Assembly: GCA_963739415.1 (NCBI GenBank) | Contig: CAVUAJ010000001.1 | Span: 247,420-279,419, forward strand | Length of the DNA: 32,000 nt | Direction of reading: 5' to 3' | From: an uncultured Methanobacteriaceae archaeon | GTDB lineage: Archaea > Methanobacteriota > Methanobacteria > Methanobacteriales > Methanobacteriaceae | Shown here: in pieces, positions 1 to 9,498 of the stretch | Layout of the letters: the number at the start of each line of letters is the position of its first letter | How positions within the stretch are numbered: the stretch's first letter is position 1 | Program-made: the position numbers and the translations under genes | Notes under the pieces: model-generated | What the model saw: only the letters and a program-made list of their open reading frames with translations | The model's database searches: none | What the model was told of the DNA's origin: nothing

Positions 1-951
1 TTCCGGAGTTATTGGTTCATAAGTCTCAGCTTTCTGGAGAACACCATGTACATGTATCCCTGCTTCATGAGCAAAGGCATTTTCTCCAACGATAGCCTTA
101 TTAGGGGGCATTTTAACTCCGGTAATGCGCGATACCAATTCTGAAGTATCAACCAGAAGCTCTGTTTTTATATTCATTTTTATGCCATATATGCTTATAA
201 GAGCCATTATCACTTCTTCCAGAGAAGCATTACCTGCTCTTTCCCCTAATCCATTTATGGCTACATGTACCTGGCTTGCGCCGGCTTCAACAGCACTTAA
301 AGAATTAGCAACTGCCAGACCAAAGTCATTGTGACAGTGCACACTAATTGGAATCTTTAAATTACTTCTAAGTTTAGAAATCAAATATTTCATTGATGCA
401 GGAATCATAACCCCTACAGTATCAGGCACATTTACATAATCAACTCCTGCATCTTCAACTGCTAGGTAAACTTCTTTAAGATAATCAAATTCAGTTCTAG
501 TAGCATCTTCTGCTGAGAATTCTGCCAGTATACCATGATCTTTTACGTATTCAACAGCCTCTACAGACTTTTTTAAAATATCTGCTTTACTCATTTTAAG
601 CTTGAATTCTCTATGCAAAGGAGATGTCCCTATGAAAATATGAATGTAATCAACTCCACAACCAATGGCAGCATCTAAATCTTTTTTAAGAGGTCTTGCC
701 AAACCACATATTTTAGCATTCAATCCTAGTTTAAGGATTTCTCGAGCTGCTTCCTTTTCACCTTCAGAAGAAACCGGGAATCCTGCCTCTATTGTATCGA
801 CACCAATTTTATCCAATTTTTTTGCGATTCTTATCTTCTCATCCACAGTCATGGCAACTCCCGGTGTCTGTTCACCGTCTCTAAGGGTGGTATCAAATAT
901 TTTAATTGTTTCAGGTAGTTCCATGGTTTTTCTAACGTCTTCTACATACAT
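1..951 (-). CDS. 2-isopropylmalate / citramalate / homocitrate synthase family enzyme (LeuA/CimA/AksA type), first 317 codons; the 3' end runs off the window
   Basis: Absent from the ORF track because the window edge truncates it. My own minus-strand translation from ATG 951-949 gives [102 protein letters not shown] lies 9 nt upstream (961-965). The plus-strand ORFs 125..334 and 665..973 are antisense artefacts of this gene. Confidence 0.85.
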   Translation of the reverse strand, partial: MYVEDVRKTMELPETIKIFDTTLRDGEQTPGVAMTVDEKIRIAKKLDKIGVDTIEAGFPVSSEGEKEAAREILKLGLNAKICGLARPLKKDLDAAIGCGVDYIHIFIGTSPLHREFKLKMSKADILKKSVEAVEYVKDHGILAEFSAEDATRTEFDYLKEVYLAVEDAGVDYVNVPDTVGVMIPASMKYLISKLRSNLKIPISVHCHNDFGLAVANSLSAVEAGASQVHVAINGLGERAGNASLEEVIMALISIYGIKMNIKTELLVDTSELVSRITGVKMPPNKAIVGENAFAHEAGIHVHGVLQKAETYEPITPE

Positions 952-1144
952 TAGGGAAGACCTCCCTCAATAATTATATTTTAAATAAATTTATAAAGTT
1001 AAGATTTTTATTAATTAAACTGGTCATGAATTCCATTTACATATTAATATTATTATTTAATCAGTTAAAAAGTTCATCAAGTTTCAATTTTTTTGTAAAA
1101 TTTTCATTTCTCCTCATTAAATAAGTTATTACAATGAATTTTTT

Positions 1145-1957
1145 TTAAGTACCTATAATTAGAGTTAAGAAGTCTCTAAGTCCTGGTGCTAAACCTAAAA
1201 TGAATATAGCTAATTTCAACATGTTTTTTATAGTTTTATCTTCCACGTAGGTGTCTATAACGTAAAGAGCGAATAATATTACAGTTATTTTAAGTGGATA
1301 CATTACCAGTGCAGTGCCTGTAAGATTATAAAGTGCATTAGGAAGCACATGCTGTTCACTGTATCCATAAAAACTAACTGCTACAAATGTAGAGCTTGCA
1401 TCAAATAGATGAGCCATTAAAACACTTAAATTAAATTTATCTCTGATCAAACTCCACTTATTTCTTAATATTATGAAAACTGATGATGTAAGCAGCCAAG
1501 CACCAATAACTTCGAAAAATGCAGTAACATTAACATGGTTTATGTTCAATATGTTGGGTATACATAGAGCTATTCCAATAATTAACATTATACGTCTGTA
1601 GTCAAAATTAGTTTTTCTCTCAATGTAAACTGATGTTAAGAGTGCTATAATGGTTATAATTCCTGTTAAAACATAGATACCCGGAGTTACCAGTATATAA
1701 GTTAGAGGGTAGATTCCATTATCCACTAAGGCTCTAGCGCTGGAGCCGAAGAATATAAATGGTATCAAAGGAATTAACAAGTCTTTAGGATCCTTTTTCA
1801 AGAATTTAAATAGTTTGATGATGAATATTACGACTATGCCCAGCATAATCCCGAAAACTACGGTGTTTAAGATAGTATATCCCGGATGGAGGTAGATAAA
1901 GTTTTCTCCAATGAATTGCGATAATTGAGACAATATATCAAAATAGTAAAATAACAT
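1145..1957 (-). CDS. polytopic integral membrane protein of unknown function (resembles archaeal DUF63-type proteins)
   Basis: 270-aa ORF made almost entirely of hydrophobic segments (roughly 7-8 putative TM helices) with short K/D-rich loops. The family assignment is from memory only. Confidence 0.5.
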   Translation of the reverse strand: MLFYYFDILSQLSQFIGENFIYLHPGYTILNTVVFGIMLGIVVIFIIKLFKFLKKDPKDLLIPLIPFIFFGSSARALVDNGIYPLTYILVTPGIYVLTGIITIIALLTSVYIERKTNFDYRRIMLIIGIALCIPNILNINHVNVTAFFEVIGAWLLTSSVFIILRNKWSLIRDKFNLSVLMAHLFDASSTFVAVSFYGYSEQHVLPNALYNLTGTALVMYPLKITVILFALYVIDTYVEDKTIKNMLKLAIFILGLAPGLRDFLTLIIGT

Positions 1958-2120
1958 ACAAGTCTAATCTGAAATTCCTAATACTAAATAATATATTAAA
2001 AAGTTTAAGTTGTAATTAAAATTTAATAAATAAATTAAAAAAGATATCACAATATTTCAAAAAATTTAATATTTCTTAGAATTTTTATACTTAAAAAATT
2101 TTAATTTAGACAAAATTTTT

Positions 2121-2777
2121 TTAAATTCGTTTAATCTTCTTTTTAATAACCTCTTTCAAAATAAGTGGTAAAGGTGTCCTATTACCAAAAACAACTGTTT
2201 TACCCGATAATATTCCCTTAATGACACTTTCTACTGAGAATTCGGCCTCTAATTCTGTTACACAGCTGCCGATAGCACCAAGAAAATGAGCATCACTAGC
2301 ACCGATTTCAGGAATCTTTCTTTTCGCTGCAAGTCTTTTAGCTCGCCAATTAGAGTATCCAAAAATGTATCTAGAGTTTAGGGTTTCAATGGCGTCAACA
2401 TCTAAATCTTTAACATAACCACAGAGTCCTTCTCTGTATCTTACAAATGGATGAGGAGCTATAGCAATTCCTCCATAACTCCTGATTTTATCAATAGTCT
2501 CTTCAGGAGATAAACCCATTTCTATTTCTTCGGTTATTCCCAGAGCCACAATATGTCCTTTATTGCTAGTAACCTCCATGGCAGGTATCACAATGAAATC
2601 ATCTAAATCTTTTGACTCCTTCATGGCTAATATTGAACCTTTTAAAGTATTATGATCGGCTATTGCAATCGCATCTAAACCAATTTCCCTAGATTTCCTA
2701 ATTATATCCTTTGGTGATGCTGTAGCATCTCCAGAGTATCTACTGTGTATATGGGGATCTACTATCATTTTAATCAT
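2121..2777 (-). CDS. PHP-domain metal-dependent phosphoesterase
   Basis: N-terminal DPHIHSRYSGD motif, then AIADHN, APHP and GASDAH histidine/aspartate clusters in the order typical of the PHP family. An alternative ATG lies at 2768. Confidence 0.75.
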   Translation of the reverse strand: MIKMIVDPHIHSRYSGDATASPKDIIRKSREIGLDAIAIADHNTLKGSILAMKESKDLDDFIVIPAMEVTSNKGHIVALGITEEIEMGLSPEETIDKIRSYGGIAIAPHPFVRYREGLCGYVKDLDVDAIETLNSRYIFGYSNWRAKRLAAKRKIPEIGASDAHFLGAIGSCVTELEAEFSVESVIKGILSGKTVVFGNRTPLPLILKEVIKKKIKRI

Positions 2778-2829
2778 ATCATATTAAACTAATTATTTTT
2801 TATTTAAATTTCAAAAAAAATTAAAAACT

Positions 2830-3870
2830 TTAAATATTATTATTAATTAACTTCTTATAATTAATAGCATTTATAAGACCTGCAGGTCCGGCCATCATCA
2901 CATCTCCTGCCGGAGCAGCGTAATGTACCTTAAAATCTGTTTTTTGAAGGATTTTACGCTTCGGTCCCGAAGCCACAACACATTCAAAGCCATTAATTGC
3001 CTCTTTTATCCAAGCTCCATGGCCTCCATCCCCATGTATCTGCTCATGAGTTAAAACACCCATTGCCAGTTCTTCAACATAATTTATCAGCTTATTAGGT
3101 GTTAGCATACCCGTATGATGCTCGAATACTCCACAAATTTTACCCTCAAATACGGATGCTGCCAAAGTGTGACCATTCCCAATATCTAAAGCCACGTAAC
3201 TATCCAAGTTTTTCACATAGTCATCACAAGTTGTTCCACATATGGCCGCGAATTTTGAATCCATTAAAACCGTATTATAACCCTTAAGGGTCCTTAAAAC
3301 TGCATTCATCCGAGTAAAATAGTCGGGAACAGGATTAAAATATGCAAATTCTTCAGGTCTGCGTGGAATGTCTAATTTTTCCCTTATTTTCATGAAACGA
3401 AAGTTTCTATTACCCACACCAGGCATAAAACCATGATCCTGTACTGCAACCCCTATATAATCGAATTCCAGCTCCACATCAAATTGATTGAATGCACCCT
3501 TTATGGCATTCATATCAACATCCTTAAATTCCATTTCATATAGATCAGGATTTTTTTCTCCATTCTCTATTATTTCAACACCTAATGATTCAACGAGATT
3601 CAAATTATCGTTGATAGTTCTAGCAGAGTTTTCAGTCATAATAACTCTGTATCCTTTTTTTAAATGATTTTTTATAGCATTACTTACTGAGCCTCCGCCC
3701 ATGGTTTCACCGCTTAAAAAAAGATCATTTTTATGTTTACGTATTCTCTCAGCAATTATTCGAGTTGGCGAGGGCAATACCATTTTAGGCGAGTTTTCTA
3801 TAGATTCTTCTGAATCATAGAGCATTATATCTTGGGTTCCTGAACCCACATCAATAGACAATATCTTCAT
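2830..3870 (-). CDS. ASKHA (actin/sugar-kinase-like ATPase) fold protein, DUF1786-like
   Basis: N-terminal MKILSIDVGSGTQDI phosphate-1 motif and a later LDIGNGHT phosphate-2-like motif. 346 aa. Same strand as the PHP and membrane genes downstream of it. Confidence 0.55.
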   Translation of the reverse strand: MKILSIDVGSGTQDIMLYDSEESIENSPKMVLPSPTRIIAERIRKHKNDLFLSGETMGGGSVSNAIKNHLKKGYRVIMTENSARTINDNLNLVESLGVEIIENGEKNPDLYEMEFKDVDMNAIKGAFNQFDVELEFDYIGVAVQDHGFMPGVGNRNFRFMKIREKLDIPRRPEEFAYFNPVPDYFTRMNAVLRTLKGYNTVLMDSKFAAICGTTCDDYVKNLDSYVALDIGNGHTLAASVFEGKICGVFEHHTGMLTPNKLINYVEELAMGVLTHEQIHGDGGHGAWIKEAINGFECVVASGPKRKILQKTDFKVHYAAPAGDVMMAGPAGLINAINYKKLINNNI

Positions 3871-3954
3871 GTTAATATAATTGTTCTTAATTTAATATTA
3901 AATCAATTAATTAAAATAAAAATTTATTTTTTTTTAATCCAAAAAATTATTAAT

Positions 3955-3970
3955 TGTACAAATATGTACA
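3955..3970. promoter_or_regulatory. two TGTACA hexamers (TRP-box-like) spaced 10 bp centre to centre, in the divergent region upstream of trpB2
   Basis: TGTACA at 3955-3960 and 3965-3970 (TGTACAAATATGTACA). A (TA)7 tract follows at 4002-4015, and the trpB2 ATG is at 4104. Confidence 0.5.
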
Positions 3971-4103
3971 ATAAAGATTATAAATTAGTATAAAAATTAA
4001 TTATATATATATATAATCGTACTACATTTTCGATTCGAGACCCTAAATAAAGCCCTAAAAATAAAGTAAAAAAATCAAAAAACTTAGAAAACAAAGTGAT
4101 TTT

Positions 4104-5399
4104 ATGTATAAAGTAACATTATCCGAGAAAGATGTTCCAAAAAAATGGTATAACATAGTGGCTGATTTACCTGTAGAACCACCTATGCCCTCGCAAACAG
4201 AAGAAGGGAAACAACTAGAAAATCTACCAAAAATATTCTCTAAAGGTGTTTTAGAACAAGAAATGTCCGCTGAAAGATGGATCAAAATACCTAAAGAAAT
4301 AAGAAATGTTTATAAAAAAGTAGGTCGACCCAACCCCTTATTCCGTGCTAAAGGTTTAGAAGAACATTTAGATACTCCTGCCAAAATCTATTACAAACGA
4401 GAAGATTTATCACCTACCGGTAGTCACAAACTTAACACTGCAATCGCCCAAGCTTATTATGCTAAACAAGATGGTATAGAAAGGTTAACAACCGAAACAG
4501 GAGCTGGACAATGGGGATCAGCCTTATCCCTAGCTTGTTGTCTGTTAAACATGGAGTGTACTGTTTACATGGTGAATGTTTCCTTCAAGCAAAAACCCTA
4601 CCGAAAAACAATCATGCAAATATACAATGGGAAAGTGATACCTTCACCCAGTAACCACACAGAATTTGGGAAGAAAATGCTCAAAGAAAATCCCAAACAT
4701 CCTGGTTCTCTAGGTATAGCAATATCCGAAGCCATAGAAGATGCATTAAAAGATGAAAAAGTTTACTACTCGCTGGGAAGTGTATTAAACCATGTGATGC
4801 TGCACCAAACCGTCATAGGATTAGAAACTCAGAAACAATTGGATAAAATAGGGGAATCACCGGACATAATGATTGGCTGTGTAGGTGGTGGAAGTAATTT
4901 CGCAGGCTCTACTTTCCCATTCATTAAAGATAAAATAGCTGGTAATCTAGATTGTCAATTTATTGCATCTGAACCATCATCCTGTCCCACCCTTACCCAA
5001 GGAGAATACAAATACGACTTTGGAGATACTGCTGGTTTAACACCCCTTATCAAAATGTACACTTTAGGACATGACTTTATTCCGCCATCAGTCCACGCAG
5101 GAGGCCTGCGTTACCATGGAATGTCACCATTAGTTGCTCTTCTTGCCCACGAAAAAATTATAGAAGCACGCAGCGTAAGCCAAACCAATGTCTTCGAAAG
5201 TAACCAAATGTTCGCACAAACTGAAGGAGTAATACCCGCCCCAGAAACAGGACACGCAATTAAAATAGGGATAGACGAAGCAATCAAATGCAGGAAAACT
5301 GGAGAAGAAAAAAATATTATCATTAACTTCTCAGGACATGGTTTATTGGATCTACAGGGATATGATGATTTTCTAGAAGGTAAATTAGAAAAGGACTAA
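4104..5399 (+). CDS. trpB2: tryptophan synthase beta-like protein, TrpB2 family (PLP-dependent)
   Basis: 431 aa. The N-terminal extension with [13 protein letters not shown] is typical of TrpB2. PLP-lysine motif TGSHKLNTA, and later [11 protein letters not shown]. It stands alone, with no trpA next to it. Confidence 0.9.
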   Translation: MYKVTLSEKDVPKKWYNIVADLPVEPPMPSQTEEGKQLENLPKIFSKGVLEQEMSAERWIKIPKEIRNVYKKVGRPNPLFRAKGLEEHLDTPAKIYYKREDLSPTGSHKLNTAIAQAYYAKQDGIERLTTETGAGQWGSALSLACCLLNMECTVYMVNVSFKQKPYRKTIMQIYNGKVIPSPSNHTEFGKKMLKENPKHPGSLGIAISEAIEDALKDEKVYYSLGSVLNHVMLHQTVIGLETQKQLDKIGESPDIMIGCVGGGSNFAGSTFPFIKDKIAGNLDCQFIASEPSSCPTLTQGEYKYDFGDTAGLTPLIKMYTLGHDFIPPSVHAGGLRYHGMSPLVALLAHEKIIEARSVSQTNVFESNQMFAQTEGVIPAPETGHAIKIGIDEAIKCRKTGEEKNIIINFSGHGLLDLQGYDDFLEGKLEKD

Positions 5400-5922
5400 A
5401 AAATTTTAATACTTCAATACTTTACTTTTAGAAGAACCTTATTCTCCCATTATCTCCTCTTTTTATCCTTTTTTAAGTTTAATAAATGTATAAAAAGATT
5501 TATCAATGCTCTTTTTTTAATATTATATTAATAATTATTATTAAAAAATAAATCTTCAAATGTTTTATAGAACTACCACAATAATACATTAAAAAAAGTT
5601 TCATTTTGAAATTTTAACAAATTTTACTTATTAATTTTCTAAAACTCAAGATTTTATCAACTATTCTTTAAATTATAATTTATAATAATTAAAATATGGA
5701 TTTTAATTGAATTGATTAAAGTATTTGAAGATTTTTAATTCAGCTTTTAATAGGCCGATATCTATAAATAAGATTGTATTTAAACTCTATTTTAACTAAT
5801 ATTAGGAAATTTTTAAGCTCTAATATTGGTGAAAAAAGCGAGTTTTAATCGTTAGAAATAGAAAATTAAACAAAAAAAAATAATTAGAAAAAGAATTTTA
5901 TAAAGGAAGGAAGGTGATTAAA

Positions 5923-6282
5923 ATGAAGCAAAACGCAGGTTTGTTATTAATAATAATAATAGTTGCAGTTGGAGCAGCAGGCGTTTGGGCTATTAGTAGT
6001 ATTACAAACCATAACCCCACCCTAAATTTAACTGCAACTAATAATAACACAACTAATGCATCTACTAATTCAGCAACTACAAATCCAAGCTCAAACAACG
6101 GCAATAATGCCAGTAGTGGAAGCAGTAGTAGTGGAAGCGGAAGCAGTAGTAGTGGAAGCGGAAGCAGTAGTAGTGGAAGCGGAAGCAACGGGAATACTGG
6201 AAGTAGTAGTGGAAACAATGATGGTCTAACAGGATCAATATACGTACCAGGCGGTCCACATTCAACGGTTCCTGGTAATTAA
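5923..6282 (+). CDS. small secreted or membrane-anchored N/S/G/T-rich low-complexity protein
   Basis: The GGTGA RBS (5913-5917) favours ATG 5923 over the track start at GTG 5914. N-terminal hydrophobic helix LLLIIIIVAVGAAGVWAI, then an Asn/Thr/Ser tract with many N-x-S/T sequons and an SSSGSGS repeat. Confidence 0.6.
   Translation: MKQNAGLLLIIIIVAVGAAGVWAISSITNHNPTLNLTATNNNTTNASTNSATTNPSSNNGNNASSGSSSSGSGSSSSGSGSSSSGSGSNGNTGSSSGNNDGLTGSIYVPGGPHSTVPGN
6121..6183. repeat. perfect 3 x 21-bp tandem repeat (AGCAGTAGTAGTGGAAGCGGA) inside the CDS
   Basis: Identical units at 6121-6141, 6142-6162 and 6163-6183. A partial unit lies at 6112-6120. Each unit encodes SSSSGSG. Confidence 0.95.
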
Positions 6283-6307
6283 ATAAATTATTTAGAGGCG
6301 ATATTAA

Positions 6308-7501
6308 ATGATTATTAAAAAGGTTTTGCCCCTCATGGTGGCTATGCTTATGTTTTTAAGCATAGGAGCATCAGCGGCAGCTAATTCAACTACAGCTAGT
6401 TCAACTAGTTTTAATACAAGTCAAATCATTCAATCAACGGGAGTTGTTAAATCCTATGTAGAGACTAATTTAACTCTACCTAACAAAATTACTGTAGCTA
6501 ATTCACAAGTTACTCCATCACAATACCTATATTTAGTAAGCACAGCTACCCAAAACGTATATAATAATAACAAAAGTTCGATAACTCTTAGAAATGTTTC
6601 AGCAGCCCCAAATCCTCAAAATGAAACTTTAACCAGTGGAAACATCAATGAAACACAGTATATCGCCATTGCAAAAACTATAACCACTTTTATCACTGCA
6701 AATGGCAGATTACCTAATTATATCTCAACTCCTCTAGGAAAAATGGATCTTCAATCAGCGATTTACATGTTTAGTAATGTCCTGAGTTTCTTCAAGGAGA
6801 ATAATAGACTGCCCAATTTTGTTTCTGTAGGCTATGGTCCCTCAGGTCAATTAAACGGTACAGCAAAATTTAATGAAACATTACTGAGTCCTACTACAAT
6901 TACATATGGGAAGGTTCTAAAACTTGGGTCTTTTGGTACAGGTAAAACTAAAGTAGCAATTATAGTAGGTATCGATCCTCAAGAAGTACAAGCTCACATA
7001 GCAATGCTAAATGCTATAGAGGCTCTATCTAAATCTTTAAACAACATACAGATTATAGTTTTCGATATAGTGGTTTATAACGGGACAGATTATACTACAG
7101 GAAGAACAGAAGGACAATATTTAGCACAACATTATGTAGTACCCTACATTAACACTTCTTACAAGTTAGTTATAGACGACCACGGAAATCGAGGACTTAC
7201 CGGGTATCTTAATGCAGCGGGACAACCCATAAGTGAATTCCTTATGGCACCAGATCTTGATGCAGCATCGTTAAAAATAGCTAACGAAATAATTAGCTCT
7301 AAATATACTGAAGGAAAATTAGTGTACCACAACATTCCTCCTGCAGACTCCACAAGTCCACCTGTTGTAACCATACCTATAGCAGAGAAAGGAATACCAA
7401 CATTAATTTTCGAGAATTACTTGAATCAAAATAACTACGCTCAAGTATTATACGTACATGCCCTACAGTTGCTTGAAGCCGTAAATTCGGTATTCGCATA
7501 A
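6308..7501 (+). CDS. secreted protein with pseudomurein-binding repeats and an uncharacterised C-terminal domain
   Basis: Signal peptide MIIKKVLPLMVAMLMFLSIGASAAA. Segments such as VVKSYVETNLTLPNKITVANSQVTPSQYLYLV, AKTITTFITANGRLPNYIS and VLSFFKENNRLPNFVSV match the PMBR pattern (helix, then xLPNyv). The C-terminal ~200 aa contain no Cys. Confidence 0.7.
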   Translation: MIIKKVLPLMVAMLMFLSIGASAAANSTTASSTSFNTSQIIQSTGVVKSYVETNLTLPNKITVANSQVTPSQYLYLVSTATQNVYNNNKSSITLRNVSAAPNPQNETLTSGNINETQYIAIAKTITTFITANGRLPNYISTPLGKMDLQSAIYMFSNVLSFFKENNRLPNFVSVGYGPSGQLNGTAKFNETLLSPTTITYGKVLKLGSFGTGKTKVAIIVGIDPQEVQAHIAMLNAIEALSKSLNNIQIIVFDIVVYNGTDYTTGRTEGQYLAQHYVVPYINTSYKLVIDDHGNRGLTGYLNAAGQPISEFLMAPDLDAASLKIANEIISSKYTEGKLVYHNIPPADSTSPPVVTIPIAEKGIPTLIFENYLNQNNYAQVLYVHALQLLEAVNSVFA

Positions 7502-7704
7502 AGAAATAGATTTTAAAGATGAGTCCATTTATTTTTTTTATTCTGACTCAATATTTTTTTTTTAATTTTTAAAAATAAATTATATTTAAATAAACAAAAC
7601 TTTTTTTTATTATTTAAAGTTTGGAGTAATTTATTTATATTGCTTGATTTTATAAAGATTAATATTTGTGATTCTAATTAGCTATATTTTGGAGGATATA
7701 AAGA

Positions 7705-8934
7705 ATGTATAAGATTGGGGAAGCTTTAATTGGTGATGGTGATGAAATTGCTCATATTGATTTGGTTATAGGTGATAAGGATGGTCCTGTAGGTGCGGCT
7801 TTTGTGGAGAATATGACTGGTCTCTCTATTGGGCATACTCCACTTTTAACTGTTATTAGACCTAACTTAATGACTAAACCAGCAACTTTAATTATACCCA
7901 AGGTTACTGTTGGCGGTTTAGTGGATGCTGATAAAATATTCGGACCTGCACAGACTGCTGTAGGTCGTGCAGTGGCTGATGCTGTGGCAGAAGGCCTTAT
8001 TGATGAGAATGATGCTGAGGATATGATAATTCTGGTCAGTGTATTTATACATCCTGAGGCTAAGGATTATCGTAAAATTTACCAGTACAATTATGGAGCT
8101 ACTAAATTGGCTATAAAAAGAGCATTGAATGGTTATCCATCTATGAAAAAGATCCTAGCTGAAAAAGATAGGGGCACTCACCCCATAATGGGCTTTAAGG
8201 TAGTTAAACTATGGAATCCACCATATTTGCAGGTGGCATTGGATCTGGATAATATAGATCAAATGGAACGTATAATTGAAGACTTACCTAACCGTGAGAG
8301 AATACTCATAGAGGCAGGTACACCATTAGTTAAGAAGTTCGGTGTGAGTATTATAGGCAAGATACGTGAATTGCGTAGAGATGCGTTCATCATCGCTGAT
8401 CTTAAAACATTGGATGTAGGAAGAATTGAGGTTAAGATAGCTGCAGATGAAACAGCAGATGCAGTTGCTATATCTGGGTTAGGTACTTTGGAATCCATCC
8501 AGAAAGCTATTCACGAAGCTTCTAAGCAGGGAATTTACTCTATCTTGGATATGATGAATGTTGATAACTTTGTTGAAAAGTTGAAAAGTCTTAATTACAA
8601 ACCTGATATTGTTTTACTGCACCGAAATGTAGATTTAGAAACTTTCAAAACCGAGAAAGGTGAAAAACTTGGCGAAGTTACAGAATGGGGTAATATTAAG
8701 GAAATTAAAGAGATAATGAGTAAAAGCAAATTAGTAGCTGTTGCTGGTGGTATAACTCCTGATAAAATGGATCAAGCATTAGGAAGTGGAGCGGATATTA
8801 TAGTTGTGGGACGTTATATTATTGGTTCAAGAGATGTAAGACGTGCTGCAGATGATTTCCTGAAATATATGCCACAAGATCCAGATACTATGAGATTAGC
8901 CTTGGAAGAGGATGAACCCTTAGAACTTAAATAA
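7705..8934 (+). CDS. fae-hps: bifunctional formaldehyde-activating enzyme / 3-hexulose-6-phosphate synthase (Fae-Hps)
   Basis: The N-terminal half, [30 protein letters not shown], is typical Fae. The C-terminal half, [25 protein letters not shown], is an OMP-decarboxylase-fold Hps. GGAGG-type RBS upstream. Confidence 0.9.
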   Translation: MYKIGEALIGDGDEIAHIDLVIGDKDGPVGAAFVENMTGLSIGHTPLLTVIRPNLMTKPATLIIPKVTVGGLVDADKIFGPAQTAVGRAVADAVAEGLIDENDAEDMIILVSVFIHPEAKDYRKIYQYNYGATKLAIKRALNGYPSMKKILAEKDRGTHPIMGFKVVKLWNPPYLQVALDLDNIDQMERIIEDLPNRERILIEAGTPLVKKFGVSIIGKIRELRRDAFIIADLKTLDVGRIEVKIAADETADAVAISGLGTLESIQKAIHEASKQGIYSILDMMNVDNFVEKLKSLNYKPDIVLLHRNVDLETFKTEKGEKLGEVTEWGNIKEIKEIMSKSKLVAVAGGITPDKMDQALGSGADIIVVGRYIIGSRDVRRAADDFLKYMPQDPDTMRLALEEDEPLELK

Positions 8935-9048
8935 TTTAATTTGAATTTAGGTTATCATTTAACACCACTCTTCATCTAATTTTTTTTTAGGAAAATTTTA
9001 TTATTTCTTAAAAGAAATTATTAAAATAAATAGTTGAGGGGGAATTAT

Positions 9049-9447
9049 GTGAAGAAGTTTCAAATAGGTCTATTAGTTTTAGTTATTTGTTTTGTAGTGG
9101 CTGTATCGGGATGTACTTCAAATAATAGTTCAACTAATAACACGTCGAGTTCTAATACCTCCAGTTCAAACGCTTCAGCTTCTAATGATGTTAATATTGT
9201 TGTAAATTATTCAGGTAGTTGGGCGGTTGATGTAAGTGGTCCTTTCGGATATCGTTCATTCTCAGGTACTGGAGATCAAACAAATAATATAGGTAGTGTA
9301 ACAGTATCTGTAACTGCTGCGGCCCGTAAAACAGATGGTGGTAATGGTGTTCTAACAGTTTTAATAACTAAAGGTGGAAAAACACTCGCTTCACAAAGTA
9401 CTTCTGCTCCTTACGGAGGAGCTACTGCAATCGCCACTGGGATCTAA
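9049..9447 (+). CDS. small exported protein with a lipobox-like signal (VSGC) and an S/N-rich linker
   Basis: GAGGGGG (9036-9042) precedes GTG 9049, whereas the track starts at TTG 9034. N-terminus VKKFQIGLLVLVICFVVAVSGCTSNNSSTNNTSSSNTSSSN, followed by a C-terminal domain that looks beta-rich. Confidence 0.6.
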   Translation: MKKFQIGLLVLVICFVVAVSGCTSNNSSTNNTSSSNTSSSNASASNDVNIVVNYSGSWAVDVSGPFGYRSFSGTGDQTNNIGSVTVSVTAAARKTDGGNGVLTVLITKGGKTLASQSTSAPYGGATAIATGI

Positions 9448-9498
9448 ATATTAGCTTCACTTTTTAATTGTTAGAACTTTTATCTGACGATTAAAATT

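Noticed and set aside
125-973. Plus-strand ORFs 125..334 and 665..973
   Set aside because: They are antisense to the strongly supported minus-strand LeuA/CimA-family gene (1..951), and their translations have no recognisable features.
4055-4285. 76-aa minus-strand ORF overlapping the trpB2 start
   Set aside because: It overlaps the 5' end of the well-supported trpB2 gene in antisense, with no RBS or motifs.
5400-5913. 515-bp very AT-rich non-coding stretch considered as a possible replication origin or ncRNA locus
   Set aside because: I could find no ORB-like repeated elements, no adjacent cdc6/orc1 gene, and no GC-rich structured segment. It is most simply a long promoter/terminator spacer ahead of the envelope-protein genes.
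5898-6265. Minus-strand L/P-rich ORFs (5898..6218, 6077..6265) that look like repeat proteins
   Set aside because: They are a mirror image of the 21-bp coding tandem repeat in the plus-strand secreted protein. The plus-strand gene has the RBS and the signal/anchor sequence.
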